Source: Lama guanicoe (lineage: Eukaryota). From it: a stretch of 64,000 bases of DNA. The stretch covers positions 9,906,898 through 9,970,897 of the forward strand of contig MU054212.1 of assembly GCA_013239625.1 (NCBI GenBank). Direction: 5' to 3'. Both the position numbers and the translations under genes were made by a program. Of this stretch, positions 36,191 through 48,959 are shown in pieces. A model generated the notes under the pieces. The model did not search any database. It was not told where the DNA came from and saw only the letters and a program-made list of their open reading frames with translations. Numbering within the stretch: the stretch's first letter is position 1; every line of letters starts with the position of its first letter.

Positions 36191-36469
36191 ATGTAATCCA
36201 CATGCTGATTTTATGGGTAAAGAAGGTAATAGCTAGAGAAGTTTGAGGACTTGTCCAAGATCAGAAAACACGTGTGGACCAGCACACAGGGCTCCTGATG
36301 TGGGTCCCTTAGCACTTCTGCTGGTGCATTTCCTTCTATTCCCTAAATGCCAATACTCCATCAAGGTTTCCATGGCAGATGCTGTAGGCCCCTTGTTCAG
36401 CACTGAGGGACTCCTTCCCCCAGCTGCTGGGAGTGTTGGCACCCTGGGCTAGCCCTCAGGCAGAGACCG

Positions 36470-36662
36470 GTGGGTGATGCTGTGTAAAGACGGGATATTA
36501 GCTCCAGAATGCCCCGTAGCGACTGTGTTGCAGTCAAGTCTTCCTTCTGCCCAAGCCTGCTTCTCCCACTGACTCGCAGGTGTGGGTGCCAACATCCCAG
36601 TAGGCCTTCTGTCTACTGGCCTTCATCTCCGAGTCTGCTCCCTGGGGACCCCAACCTATGAG
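36470..36662 (+). mobile_element. LTR16-type ERVL LTR 3' fragment
   Basis: Ends catctccgagtctgctccctggggaccccaacctatgaga, like the LTR16 terminus. Confidence 0.65.
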
Positions 36663-36689
36663 AGATCCTCCCTGTGTCCATAGCGCTTT

Positions 36690-36960
36690 CGTTAGTACTT
36701 ACTGAGTGCTCAGCACGTTGGGCTCTGTGCTAAGTACCTGGAGTATGAAGGGAAATAAGACCCAGTTTCGACTGGGGCTGCTTGCCATCTACCAGAGGTA
36801 CCTGTGGTCAACAGCCGACTCCAGTGCCCTGTCTGAGCTTCTGCAATAGCAGTGTGATGAAGGTGCTGTCGGAGCACCGGGGAAAGGGAGGCTGATGCTC
36901 TGACTGGAGGAGTCAGCCCCGGCCACCCTGGTCTATACTTCCTGACCCTGAGGAGAGATG
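36690..36960 (-). mobile_element. L2 fragment
   Basis: tacttactgagtgctcagcacgttgggctctgtgctaag. Confidence 0.65.
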
Positions 36961-38557
36961 ACAAAGAGAAAAGTACAGGAGGGAGGGTGGGTAGAGCCCA
37001 GTGTGAGGGTTCAGTGTGGGGCTCCCACCTGTTACTCAGTCTTCCTTCCTGGAGGTCATCTCCCTGCATCATCGTCAAGAGTGGGCGCCCAGAGCGCTTG
37101 TGCTGATCCCCTCACTCAAAAGAGGTGCTAGAATCAGGCCCTGACCTGTTAGGGGGAACGATGTCAGAGTCAGCGTGTCGTCTTCCAACAAACACTTGCC
37201 CTCTGTGTTTTATCCCCAGCGATGGGAGAGAAAACGGGCATCACCCAGCAGGTGGGCAAGGTTTAGGAGCACCCAAAGTGGCTTCCTGGTGCTTCTGAAA
37301 CTGGACCCACAGGGGCAGGTGGTCATGTAGGCCTGTATCATCAGACCTGATTGGCACAACCAACCAGGACTGGGCCCTTGTGACAACTGTCCCTTTGTGT
37401 GCACTGGCTACAAAGAGGCCTGGAAAACACACCAGTAATTCAGAGGAGGGGGCCCATTACTCCCCCGACCTCAGGTGGTCTCATGCCTCCTGCAGAGCAT
37501 CTGCTGTGTGCCCAGCCCTGACCTGGGCCGGACAGAGTACTTGGTGACATAGAAGAGAGGGGCTCAGCCTCTGGGCAGCCTCCAGCATAAGTGGGTTGAC
37601 AGGCAGAGCACCACCAGGTGACTCAAGTCTGGTGGAAGACAGACAGTCTGCACCCTTGAGGAGCCCCAGGCCTCCTGGCCTAATTTGAGGGACATGGTTT
37701 CTGCTACCAGCCAGGATTTAGGACACACGTGCATATTTAAAAGGCCCGAGAACAGATGCAAATAAGACATTAACATGTGGAAATGGTTACAGATGACTAG
37801 CTAGAGCCAGGGGCCAGAACAGAGAGGCGGGGCCCCAAGCAAGATGTCCAGAGCATGAAGGGTCTGCCCATCAGCCCCCAGTTAAATCACCCAGGCTGCA
37901 CCAAGAGGTGCAGCCTCTTGGCAGCACCAGGCACACTGTAGATACCAGTTGGTAAGAAACTTATTGGTCCTCTCTTATCAAACGAAGGCCAGGCTGGGAG
38001 TGAACATTGCACAGGTGTGTGCACGTGTGTGTAGAAGCCTGGGCATTATCAAGGGGGCATCTCTGAGGGGCTTCTAATAGCATCACTTAAGTGATTTGTA
38101 TATACACAGGTTCATGATCTGTGACCATGACTGTGTGTGTAATGTGTGCATATTTGGGTGTGTGTGTGTGTGTGTGCACACTCTTGTGGGGGCTTCCTTT
38201 ATATCGGGGTGAGGTTAAAGATGCCAGTACACAAATCTTGACGATTTTGTATTGGCATCTTTAAATCCACTCTCTCTCTTCTTCCAGGAAGCTTTCCCTC
38301 CTAACCGAGGTGGCCACCTCCCCGTGTCCCGTGGGAATGGGCTCCTCTCCTGAGTCAGATCCCAGGCCCAGCTCTGGGCTCGTTTTTGCTCTCAGGCCTG
38401 AAGATGAGCAGCATGTCACCAGCTGACAGGTGTTAGGGGACACTGTGGATGGGCCATGATTTGCCCAGGCTGGTACCCAGGTTCTTTGTCTGGGTAGAGT
38501 GTGTATTCCTGAAAAGAAGTGGAATCTGGAGAAATGAGGGCTATTGAAAAGACTTTT

Positions 38558-39039
38558 TTTTTTAACATTTTTTATTGATTTATAATCATTTTACAATGTT
38601 GTGTCAACTTCCAGTGTTCAGCACAATTTTTCAGTCATACATGGACATATACACACTCATTGTCACATTTTTTTTCTCTGTGAGCTACCATAACATTTTG
38701 TGTATATTTCCCTGTGCTATACAGTATAATCTTTTTTATCTGTTCTACAGTTTTGAAATCCCAGTCTGTCCCTTCCCGCCCTCTGCCCCCCTGGCAACCA
38801 CAAGTCTGTATTCTCTGTCTATGAGTCTATTTCTGTCCTGCATTTACACTTTGTTTTTGTTTATTTGTTTGTTTGTTTTTGTTTTTGTTTTTTAGATTCC
38901 ACATATGAGCGATCTCATATGGTATTTTTCTTTCTCTTTCTGGCTTACTTCACTTAGAATGACATTCTCCAGGAGCATCCATGTTGCTGCAAATGGCATT
39001 ATGTTGTCGGTTTTTATGGCTGAGTAGTATTCCATTGTG
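38558..39039 (-). mobile_element. Young 5'-truncated L1 3'UTR
   Basis: T-tail then antisense L1 3'UTR (ttagattccacatatgagcgatc...ccatgttgctgcaaatggcatt); TSD tgaaaagactttt (38545-38557) / tgaagagactttt (39040-39052). Confidence 0.95.
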
Positions 39040-39659
39040 TGAAGAGACTTTTAGAAGCAGGTAAGGAGGAAATTTGGAAAGTCAAGGCACCTTCATTTAC
39101 AGAGAGACTGGGAAATGACCTTAATTAAGAAACCACCTTGATTTGGGGCAGAGAGGGGTTTACAGAAGGTTGGCTGAAGAGAATAGAGCTTAAAGTGGAG
39201 CGAATTTCCTGAATTCTTGGGTTAAAGTGTCCCATGGCATCCCTCCCACGGGGCAGACAGCAGGTGAGGGAGGGGCTTGATCTGGGGCAGCACATGGTCT
39301 GGTTGCACGGCGGACAAAGGGACCTGGGTCCTGGGAAGCCCTCTCTCAGCCTGTTGTTGCTGGGGTTGGTGGGGAGGAGGCAATAGCCTTGGATGCTCAG
39401 ACCTGACTCCCAGTGCATCTCAGGTGTCTGAGGCCCACGTGAGACAGTGGCTACGGGAGACACGGTCAGACCTCGCTGGTGGCCCCCAACACGTGGACAG
39501 CGGTCCCTCTTCCCGCCCGTCACCACTGAGCCTCGCTGCCCCGGCTCCCCTCCGAGTCTTCGCTCCCACTTTCGTGTCCCCTGGAGCAGCCCTGACCGCT
39601 TTACACCCATCTGAATTCCCACCCAGTCTCCAAGACTTGGCTTAAATGCCACTTGCTTC

Positions 39660-40920
39660 AGGAAGACTGTCGTGATTATTTGGGCCCACAGTGCACTGAT
39701 TCCATGCTCTTCTAGGTTTCCCTCTGCTTCACTGACCACCTCTTGCTCATCTTTGCCGTCTTTTCTGATCCTCCCTAATGCTGATATGCCTGGGGCATCA
39801 CCCGGGGCCCTCTTTTCTTCTTTAAAGACACTATCTCTTTTTAGGGCATTTCTTCACCTTAGTTTTAATCCTCTATCAATGACTCTGAAATTCCAATGAG
39901 TAGGTAGGAATTTTCTATGATCTTGAGATACATACATGTGTCCAGCAGTCTTCTCTTCACCTCTTCTTGGATGTCTGGTATGAATCTCAGACCTCAAACA
40001 TCCAAAAAGAAAGCTCTTGATTTCCACCATTAACTTTTCTTTTCCTGGACTCAGTAAATGGTGCCGCCATATATCTAGTTGCTTAAACCAAGCAGAAGCC
40101 TAATCCTAATCGACCTCTTTCTTTTCTTCTCTGGGTAGCTTTCATTGGCAAATCCTACTGACTTTGCTTGAAATAACATCCCATATTCTTCTGATTTTTT
40201 TTTTTTCTCCCCACCAGGGACAGGTCACAATCTTCAAAATGGGGAATATTCCAACAGCCTTCTTCCAACTCACATCCTTGCTTCGAGCTCTTTACCTAAA
40301 TCCATTCTTCACAAAGTCAATGGCATTTTTAGAACATAAATGCCCTCTGCCCAAACCCTTCAGTGTCTTTCCCACATTGGGACAAAGGTCCAAATGCCCT
40401 CTCTTGGTCGGCTAGGCCATCTCATAGTTGGCTTCTGGGGTCTGGCCTCTTACTCCGCTCTCCTTTTGGTTATCCTGCTCTCCCTACACTGGCCTTTCTG
40501 TCCCTCAGAAGTCCCCAGGTGGTCCCTCCCTCCGGTCCTGGGCACTGGCTGGGATGCCCCTTCCCTTCATCTTCATGACGCTGCCTCCTTCCTGTCAGGC
40601 AGGTCTCAGGTCACGTGTCACCTCTTCCAAGAGGCCCTTCCTGATACCCAGTGTATAGCAGATCCTCGGCCCACCTCTACCTTACTACCTTGTTTTCTTT
40701 TCTTCATTGTGTGCACCACAACTTGACACAGTGTTGCCTGGTTATTGGGTTTATTTTGTATTGTCTACCTACCCCCCGACGAGAACGTGGTCTCGGCAAG
40801 GACAGAAAGCCTCTCTCACTCACTCCCTCTCTCACTCACTACCCCAGCTCCCTGAGCCATATCTGGCACAGAATAGGTGCTTGGTGAGTCTTCAGTTAAC
40901 GACTGGATAAACGAATGTGC
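39660..40920 (+). mobile_element. Long L2 (L2a-like) fragment
   Basis: Pyrimidine-rich L2 body (ggatgtct...ctcagtaaatgg...gtcacctcttccaagaggccct) ending ctggcacagaataggtgctt...ggataaacgaatg. Confidence 0.88.
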
Positions 40921-41454
40921 TCCAAAGAGACACTAATTGACTTGAAATACTTTGCTTTTCTTGAGAAAGCATTCTAGCTTTGAGGATGAGCTCTAGCTGA
41001 CAGTAATTTTTATTCAGAAGGATTCAGTGTGGATATTTCATCTGAACAACGTACATTGAAGTTCTGTGCTTTCCCCCATATTTTAATATGGCCATTGCTA
41101 TTAATTGTTTAATTAAGAGGGGCCGTATCTGGTCTCCATGTCTTTGGTGGTCACGGCTCTCAAGCATTTGGAGATTTGTGTCCAGGATGCCCTTCAAGCA
41201 TCAGTAGCCTCATGAAGAGGCATTGCTCTTCCGGGAAAGGAGGACTGAGGCAGGACTGCAGGGTGGAGAGCACTGGGCTGGCTTAGCCACAGGTGGGTTA
41301 CAGCCCACGGGGGGAAGTCACAGATCCAACTCTTGTTTTCTAACTTATAAAATGAGCTTAATAATTGCAGCCCTCCTGACCTTATGAGCCTATCGAAAGA
41401 TGAGGGAGACAGCAAACACGTATATTTAAAAGGGAGGTGGCTGTTGTGCCTAAT

Positions 41455-41720
41455 TTATTTATTTCTCACTCATTCACCCATCCGATATTTCGGAGCAAGG
41501 TGCTGTGTGGCTGAAAGTATGATGGGATGTTCCCCAGATGCCCCCGTCAAGCGTCTGGTTGGGAGGATGCACACAGGTGGTGATGGCGGGAAGGTACCAG
41601 GTTACAGAAGAGATGGGTAGCAGCCTGCTGGGGGACTCAGAGGCGGGGCTGTGTTCTCTGCTAGGACGCTCCTGAGACTGGGGGAGATGGCATTTCAAAG
41701 AAGCTGGGACCTTACCGAAA
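41455..41720 (-). mobile_element. L2 fragment (degenerate)
   Basis: cactcattcacccatccgatatttcggagc...tgctgtgtggct. Confidence 0.5.
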
Positions 41721-42607
41721 CCCCTCAGGGGTCTGCAAGAGCCAGCCAGGGGTCAGCACAGTTCCAGCAGGATCCGCAGTGACGTGACAGCTCCCAGCCA
41801 AGACCGTCCCCCGTGACCCTTTTATAGTCTCTTCAGTGGTGAAGCTTGAATCGTCCTGACCAGCAGGTCCTGCGGCTCTGGAGCAAATATCCCTTCTCTT
41901 ACCAAGACTAAAATTCACGGAGAGATGGGAGAAAAAAGATGGACGCATTGTTGGCCATTTATTTGCTATTAGCTGATTCATTCTGCACTTTTTCTGCCTG
42001 GCCTCTGTGGGGGTTCAGCCTTGTCTTCTCTGGGGGAATCAGGCTAGAGTCAGACCCCTAGAGCTTCACAGGGTTTCTTGGGTTTGAGCTTGCCTAGAGC
42101 TACTGTTTCCAGTTGGCAAAATCTTTTGCTCCAGTTAGCACTGTCTGCCGCAGCCCAGTTCCCTCTGCTCTTGTTTCCCTGGGTACAGCTCCCCAGGCTT
42201 GGGGCAGGCAGGAGCTGGAGCCCTGGGCCCTCCTGGAGTCACTGGGGAAAGCTCAGCTGGCGGGCGGTGGCTGAGGGGTTTCTGCCAGTGACCCCTCCAT
42301 CCTGCCTTCCCTTGGTACCCCCAGAATGGGAGGGCAGCCCTCATTCTCTCCCTTCCAGGTCGGAAGGGCCTGTGACCATGAGGAAAAGGGCCAACACGAC
42401 GTAAGGACCATATCTCTGGATGCAAAGAAATGTGGATAAGCTTGATTTTTATGTTTATTTCTCTTTCAAGTGCAAGTTCTATTTATTGGCCAAATGGAAG
42501 GAATGTCATCTGAAGTAACGCGACTGCTTTCCTTCTTTTTTGCATAAACAAATTTTCATGACACGAGTGGGAGGCAGTCAGGGTGCATACCCATCCCCCA
42601 GCCAGCA

Positions 42608-42935
42608 CTGCCAAACATAGCAGATAAAAGTACAAGACGTACCCCCCGACCCCGCCCCTGCTTTCCTGCCTGGTAAGCACAGTTTGTATGTACATGTATA
42701 ACTGAATTGCTTTGCTGTACACCTGAAACTAACACTATAAATCAACTACAATAAAAATAAGAACTAAAAAAATTTTTTTAATTAAAAAAAATCTAGCTAC
42801 AGAGGAAAAAAAATACAGGATGTCCAGTTAAATTTGAATTTCAGATAAATAAACAATTTTCACTGTAATATTTGGGACATACTTAACACTGTAATTCAAA
42901 TTGAGCTGGATGGCCTGTATTTTGTGCAGGGCCCT
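42608..42935. mobile_element. MER53 palindromic hAT element, split by an L1 insertion
   Basis: aaatacaggatgtccagttaaatttgaatttcagataaa...ttgggacatactta...aattcaaattgagctggatggcctgtattt; left end gccaaacatagcagataaaagtacaagacgt. Confidence 0.8.
42641..42808 (+). mobile_element. Mini L1 3' end with a short inverted 5' piece
   Basis: 42641-42686 is antisense L1 3'UTR (cctggtaagcacagtttg); 42687 onward is sense L1 terminus + A tail; TSD aaaagtacaagacgt / aaaaatacaggatgt. Confidence 0.75.
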
Positions 42936-43196
42936 GCCTTCCATGGCCCTCAAGCTGACTGTTTGCCCACTCAGAGCTCTGGTTCTAGGATGGTCCCCTG
43001 CCCATCCCTTCAGTTACCTGGTGCTGCTTCCTCTCCAGGTTCCTGTTCCAGGTAACCTGCACAGCCTTCTCTGGGAGAGGAGTCTCCTTGTCTCAGGACT
43101 TAGGCCAGAGTCCCTGGCTCTGGCAGTCACCTAGGGGAAGGAAGCTCACTGGTAGCACATGCAGGTGTGGTTTTCCTTCCCCAAACCTGGTTGAAC

Positions 43197-43372
43197 AGTG
43201 TTCTCTATGTTGGTTAAGCATTGGCGATATCTGGGGAGCTTAAAGAAATGCTTGTTGCTTGGGTCTTATCATCCCCAGGGATTCTGAATGAATTGGTCTG
43301 GAGTGTGGTCTCCCACTGGGAGTTTCAGAGTCTCCCCAGGTGTTTCTGATAAGCTCCTAAGGTTGAGACCAA
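43197..43372. mobile_element. MER5A-type hAT-Charlie element
   Basis: cagtgttctct...ggggagcttaaagaaatg...attggtctggagtgtgg...ctccccaggtgtttctgat...ggttgagacc. Confidence 0.8.
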
Positions 43373-43544
43373 GGCAGAAACGTGCAGGTCTGGCATGGGG
43401 GATCTCAGGTGACAGGGACATTCAGTGAGTGTGCTCAGGGTTCCAAGACAAAGAAAAGCCAAGAACATTTGTCAGTAGCACTGGGACCTATTAAGTCTTT
43501 TTTTTTTTTTCTTTTTAGGTTGTTTTTCTTCTATGGTTGCAATG

Positions 43545-43757
43545 CCTTTTTAAAAATTATTTTAATTAATTTGTTAATTTTTAATAATGTTCTGTTTCTG
43601 GTGTAGAGCAAAGTAATTCAGTTATGTATGTATTATGTATATATGTAAAACTGAATATATATATTATATATAATATATATGTGTATATGTATATATAATA
43701 TATATATTCTTTTTCAGGTTCTTTTCCATCATAGATTGTTACAAGGTATTGATATGC
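43545..43757 (-). mobile_element. L1 3' terminal fragment with (TA)-rich expansion
   Basis: tttctggtgtagagcaaagtaattcagttat...ttcttttccatcatagattgttacaagg. Confidence 0.8.
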
Positions 43758-44321
43758 TACACTAGTCACTTTTGATGGTCCTGGTCCTCGGGTGTAGGGA
43801 TTTGGGAACTGAGATACGACATGTCTGCTCTCTGCTGTCCAGGTGCTCACAGTCTACCTGGAGAGAGAGACTTTCTCCTCCCTCCCCCGCAGCTCTGAAA
43901 CACAGCGTTACACAGAGCCCTGGACTGGGGCCAGCAGAGCCGTGTGTGAGTGAGTGCGTGTGTGTGTGTGTTTGTGTAAAACAGGTCAGCATGTGCTGCA
44001 TTAGCCAAGAAAGACTTGCGTGGGAGCAAGACCTGTGGCCTGGGTGGCCCGGCACTCATTCTGCTGCAGCTGTGATTGGCTTCAGTCCCTCCTGAAATGA
44101 GGACAGTACATGGAGAAAGTCGGTATCTGAGGGGAAGGAGGGAGGCAGCATGTGAATTCACCACCACGGCTCACACTTAGACGCGAGCCAAAGGGGCAGG
44201 GACTACTGTGTCATGACAGCAACAAAACTGATCACATCATGATCTAATCAAATTGTGATAGTTCCTATCGCGTATCAGAGACTCTTAGTTTTGTTACAGG
44301 GACTGCAGATGGTAATAGTTA

Positions 44322-44620
44322 TACTGGTATTCAATCCCGTATCCCAACCCTTGGGGCCATATTCATTTCAAAACTCAAGACTTTTCAGATTTCTGAAAGG
44401 TAAAGTGATTAATATTGTTTATAAGTAAAATCCTGGTAGCCACTGGGCAGTAAGTATCCCAATGGCAGACACTGAGTTCTGCAGCAAAACTTACTAACTT
44501 TGATGCCAAGCGAGGTAAATAAGCATCATGAAATCCTCATTAAGTCCAGGTCAGGTTATGACAAACCTTTTGGTTTTCGGATCTTTGGGGATTCTGTGAA
44601 TCGGAGGTTGTGGGCTTGTA
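44322..44620 (+). mobile_element. MER46C-like TcMar-Tigger element
   Basis: caatcccgtatcccaacccttggggcca...ttttcagatttctgaaaggtaa...ggttgtgggcttgta, TA-flanked. Confidence 0.7.
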
Positions 44621-44649
44621 AACCCACCTGCCTCGTTTATGGAACATTA

Positions 44650-44850
44650 GCTGTTTGGTAGGCAGAGTGCTAAGTATTTCAAATGCTTTATCCCATTGAA
44701 ACTTCATAGTGGTCCTGCCCACGTCAGTATCCCCATTTTGCAGATGAGGAAGTGGAGGCTTATGAGGTTAGACAACTTGCCCCAGGTCCACAGCTGTCGA
44801 GTGGAAATTAGAACAGCAATTCAAATTCTGCTCCGTCTGACCCTGGGTCT
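44650..44850 (-). mobile_element. MIR SINE
   Basis: tatccccattttgcagatgaggaagtggaggct...aacttgcccaggtccacagct. Confidence 0.88.
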
Positions 44851-45779
44851 GAACAGCGCCACCCCGGTCAGGGGGCTGCAGATGGAGAAGCGGGGGTGGG
44901 GGGATGCACCCAGTACAAGGCAGACGCGGGCTGTGCGACATCGGCTGTCTTGCTGCGGCAGATCTGTATGTATGCATGTACTGAATGTGTGTGGATGTTC
45001 TTGTGGGAAGCTGTGTGCTTATGTGTCCTGTATTCTGTGTGCCGTGTGTCTTCATCTCTGTGTGTGAGGGTGTCTGTTTTAGGTAGAAAGTGCCCGGTGC
45101 ACTGTCATGTGCCTTGTGTGTGTGCTGTCTCCTCTCCTCTCTGATTCAGCAGTTCTGGAGCGGGGAGGGCCACCCTTGTCACACATCTGCTCTCACATGA
45201 TCTGCAGCCCACGAGGAGGGCCGAATTCAGCATTTCTGTCCTTCTCAGGAGAGATGGAGACTTCAGAGGGTGTCCTGGTGTTGGAGACCACTGCTACAGT
45301 GCCCAAGTAAATGAGAGGGTCCAGGTCAGCCCACAGTCACCCAAGGGCCCTGGGATCCCCCAACAGGGGCACCTCTGCAGGGTCAGTGAACTTCATCTTG
45401 GTTTCTTTATTTTTGAGGAGATGGTTCTCAGGGTAAATGAAAGAAATGCAGATTTTCCCAAAGTTCCTAAGATGGAAGCCCTGGTTTGTGTGACTGGTCC
45501 GCATCCTGGCAGTCAACGGTGCAGCGTGCAGTTAAGGGAAGGCTGGTGGACGACTGTTTACCCTTCTCCTAAACTGAGCTTTGGAGAATGAGCCTTGGGG
45601 GTGACCGAGACACCCCATACCTGGGCAAGCAGGATATGTGATGACCTTGAGGGCTGAGTTTCACAGTTCGGGTCTTGGGGCAGCCAGGTACCTGGGCCGT
45701 TAACCCTCAACATGCCAAGTCAGGGGAAAAAGAGAGCATTTAAATTGCTTGGAGTTCCTCCCCGTCTGTGTTCTTTGTG

Positions 45780-45990
45780 AGAGCTAACATATATTGAGTG
45801 TCTATGGCGTCTGGTGGTTTAGCGATTATTTTTCATATACTATTTTATTTATTGCAGAGGGCTACCTCTAAGGAAGGTATTTTATCTCCTAAGTAGAGAA
45901 GCTCATAGAGGTTAGGTTGCTTGCCTGAGGTCATCCTACTGGAAGGTGGCAGAGCTGGGATTTGAATCCATGACTCTCAGGCTGCCATTC
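45780..45990 (-). mobile_element. MIR SINE
   Basis: gctaacatatattgagtg...ggtggcagagctgggatttgaatcc. Confidence 0.8.
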
Positions 45991-46208
45991 CTTTGCTGAG
46001 CGTCACACTGCCCCCGAGATTCCTCCCCTCTGTGGATGCTGTCACCAATGGAGCATGAACCACAAACCATCAACACGTTGATTTTCATCGTTTTAAATAT
46101 TGTGTTTCCCTTGATGCAGTTATACAAATTCCTGGTACAGAAGCCATCAGGTGCTTTAGTTTAAAGTTTCCTAAGCTGGGATTTAGGAAAACTTAGTTCT
46201 AGATTTAG

Positions 46209-46330
46209 TTTTTTTTTCTTTTTTGACTGAAGTAGAGTCAGTTACAATCTGTCAATTTCTGGTGTACAGCATACTGTCCTAGTCATGCATATACATACAT
46301 ATATATATATATATTCGCTTTCTGGAGCAG
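46209..46330 (-). mobile_element. Short L1 3' terminus
   Basis: tgaagtagagtcagttacaat...tctggtgtacagcat; flanked by tagatttag at 46200-46208 and 46331-46339. Confidence 0.85.
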
Positions 46331-46688
46331 TAGATTTAGCTATAGATTTATCTCTTACAGCCTCAGTTTCCTCATCTGGAAAACAAAGTGGATGGCATTG
46401 ATGTGACCTAAAGCTTTTTCATGTAAGGTTAGGTTTGACTCTGACTCTGAGGGCAGCTTTGTCTTATTTATGAATTTCCTTAAGTATCTGTAGCACAGAA
46501 CTGGACATAAGGTGGGCGTCGGCAGACTATAAATCCTTAATGTAGTTAGAGCTAATTCAGAGTGATTTCTTACCAGCAAATGACAAAACACTAATACCCC
46601 AGATGCAAATTGACAAAAACATAGTTGCTCATATTCCCTGAGCTCTTAATAGGTGTTGGGTGCTCTTTTATAAGAATAGGATGGATGA

Positions 46689-47579
46689 AATGGCCAATAG
46701 GTACATGAAAAAATGCTCAGTATTGCTAATTATCAGAGAAATGCAAAGCAAAACTACAGTGAGGTATCACCTCACACCAGTCAGAATGGCAATCATTCAA
46801 AAGTCTACAAATGATAAATGCTGGAGAGGCTATGGAGAAAAGAGAACCCTCCTACCCTGCTGGTGGGAATGTAGTTTGCTGCAGCCTTTCTGGAAAACAG
46901 TATGGAGATTCCTCAAAAGACTAAAAATAGACTTACCATATGATCCAACAATCCCACTCCTGGGCACATATCCAGAGGGAACCTTAATTCAAAAAGATGC
47001 ACACCCCCCAGTGTTCATAGCAGCACTATTTACAGTAGTCAAGACATGGAAACAACCTAAATGTGCATCGAGAGATGACTGGATAAAGAAGTTGTGGTAT
47101 ATTTATAAAATGGAATACTACTGAGCCATAAAAAATAAAATAATGCCATTTGCAGCAATATGGATGGATCTGGAGATTGTCATTCTAAGTGAATTCAGCC
47201 AGAAAGAGAAAGAAAAATACCAAATGATATCACTCATGTGTGGAATCTAAAGAAAACGACAAATAAACTTATTTACAAAACAGAAAGATACTCACAGACA
47301 TAGAAAACAAACTTACAGTTACTGGAGGTGAAGGGGAAGGGATAAATTGGGAGTTCAAAATTTGCAGGTACTAATATATATAAAATAGAAAAACAACAAG
47401 CCCATACTGTATAGCACAGGGAACTATATTCAATGTCTTATAGTAACTTATGGTGGAAAAGAATACAAAAATGAGTATATGTATGTTCATGTATGACTGA
47501 AGTATTGTGCTGTACACCAGAAATGGACACAGCATTGCCAACTGACTATACTTCAGTAAAAAATAAATATACAGAAAAT
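46689..47579 (+). mobile_element. 5'-truncated L1 (ORF2 C-terminus + 3'UTR)
   Basis: ORF 46660-47124 gives [10 protein letters not shown]...[21 protein letters not shown]...CWWEC...(CCHC region); TSD gaataggatggatga (46674-46688) / gaatagggtggatga (47580-47594). Confidence 0.97.
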
Positions 47580-48095
47580 GAATAGGGTGGATGATGGGTT
47601 AACTAGTGTGCACAGTGACTTACTTATCTAACCACTGAGAAGGGAGTCAGTGGACCCCACAACCCCGCTGAAACCCACCTTGTTGTCAGTATCAATTTTC
47701 CAACTTTTTACTGAGTTTAAGAAGCATTAATTTCAAAACGAACAATGGTTTTCTTTGGTAATTTCCCTGTTGTGGATGCAACTGTCATTTTTGCTGACCT
47801 GCCTATTGTCAGATGTTATTGAGTGTCTATAGAATAAAAGAGAACTGATTTTATAGGTATTTTTATTGAGCTGAACTGGGAGAAGGGGGACAGGGGATTA
47901 TAGATGAGAGAATTGTCAATAACTGTCCCCATCACCCCTCCCCATCACTCTGCCCAAGCTCAGTATAAAACTTCTGGACCTGTGGTGCCTGTTCTCCTCC
48001 AGTTATGTGCTTTAAATTTCTCCCCTCATTTTGCCAACACACACACACAAACACACACACAGATGCATTCACCTGTGGTTTCCATTGCATCTTTT

Positions 48096-48193
48096 TTGGT
48101 ATTGAACTACAGTCAGTTACCATGTGTCAATTTCTGGTGTACAGCATATGTCCCAGTTATGCATATATATACATATGTTCGTTTTCATACTCT
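48096..48193 (-). mobile_element. Short L1 3' terminus
   Basis: cagtcagttaccatgtgtcaatttctggtgtacagcat; TSD tttccattgcatctttt / tttccattgtattttt. Confidence 0.85.
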
Positions 48194-48514
48194 TTTCCAT
48201 TGTATTTTTGTTTCACATTGCAAAAGCCTATTAATCAGATTGGACTCAGGACACGTCTATGAGGCCTTTATCCGTTCATCAGAATTGTACAAGGAGTTTG
48301 GATGTAACTGAAAAGTTGAGGTCAAGGTTAAGATGGCAGATTGGGGAAGCGACTGGCCCTGGGGTTAGCCCCACTTCCTGCTGGGTGAGATGGACCCCGG
48401 GGTCAAGTCCGTCTCCACGGAGACTAAACGGAGGATGAGGGAGTCCATCCTGCCCATATCCCCAGGGACGGGAATTGTAGCCCACCCAGGGAGCTCCTCC
48501 TGCCCCTTCATCCT

Positions 48515-48620
48515 TCCTTTTTTCCTTTTAAACTGAAGCCTAGTTGATTTATAATGTCGTGTTAGTATCTGGTGTACAGCAAGTGACTCATCATATACAC
48601 AAATGTACATATTCTTTCCC
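48515..48620 (-). mobile_element. Short L1 3' terminus
   Basis: tagttgatttataatgtcgtgttagtatctggtgtacagcaagtgactca. Confidence 0.8.
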
Positions 48621-48959
48621 TCCCTCCTCTTTCATTTTGTTTTTTCCGCAGTCCCATCCCCTCATAGCCCCCAGTTGTCACCATTGTCCTGACAATTGAA
48701 TATATGCTTCATCTCCGTTGTCCTGAGCTTAGCCTGGGTGTCCTGACTTGCAGGCACCTCCAACTCAACTTCTCTAAACCAACCCCTCCCTCCAAAAAAA
48801 GAAGACCCTCTACTGTGTCCTCTGGGTCCTGATGCACGCTCACCCACCGATGCCTGAGAGAAACTTGGGGTCACCCTGCCGTCCTGTTACCTCTTGCCTT
48901 CACATTTAATCAGTGAAAGACTAAAAAAGAAAAACATTTGAATAGTAACTTAACAATTT

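Noticed and set aside
39125..39739. Longest ORF (204 aa, minus)
   Set aside because: Non-ATG start, low-complexity G/P/R/S composition, partial overlap with L2, no recognisable domain.
46660..47124. 154-aa ORF with clear protein homology
   Set aside because: It is the C-terminal fragment of L1 ORF2 in a 5'-truncated element, not a host gene.
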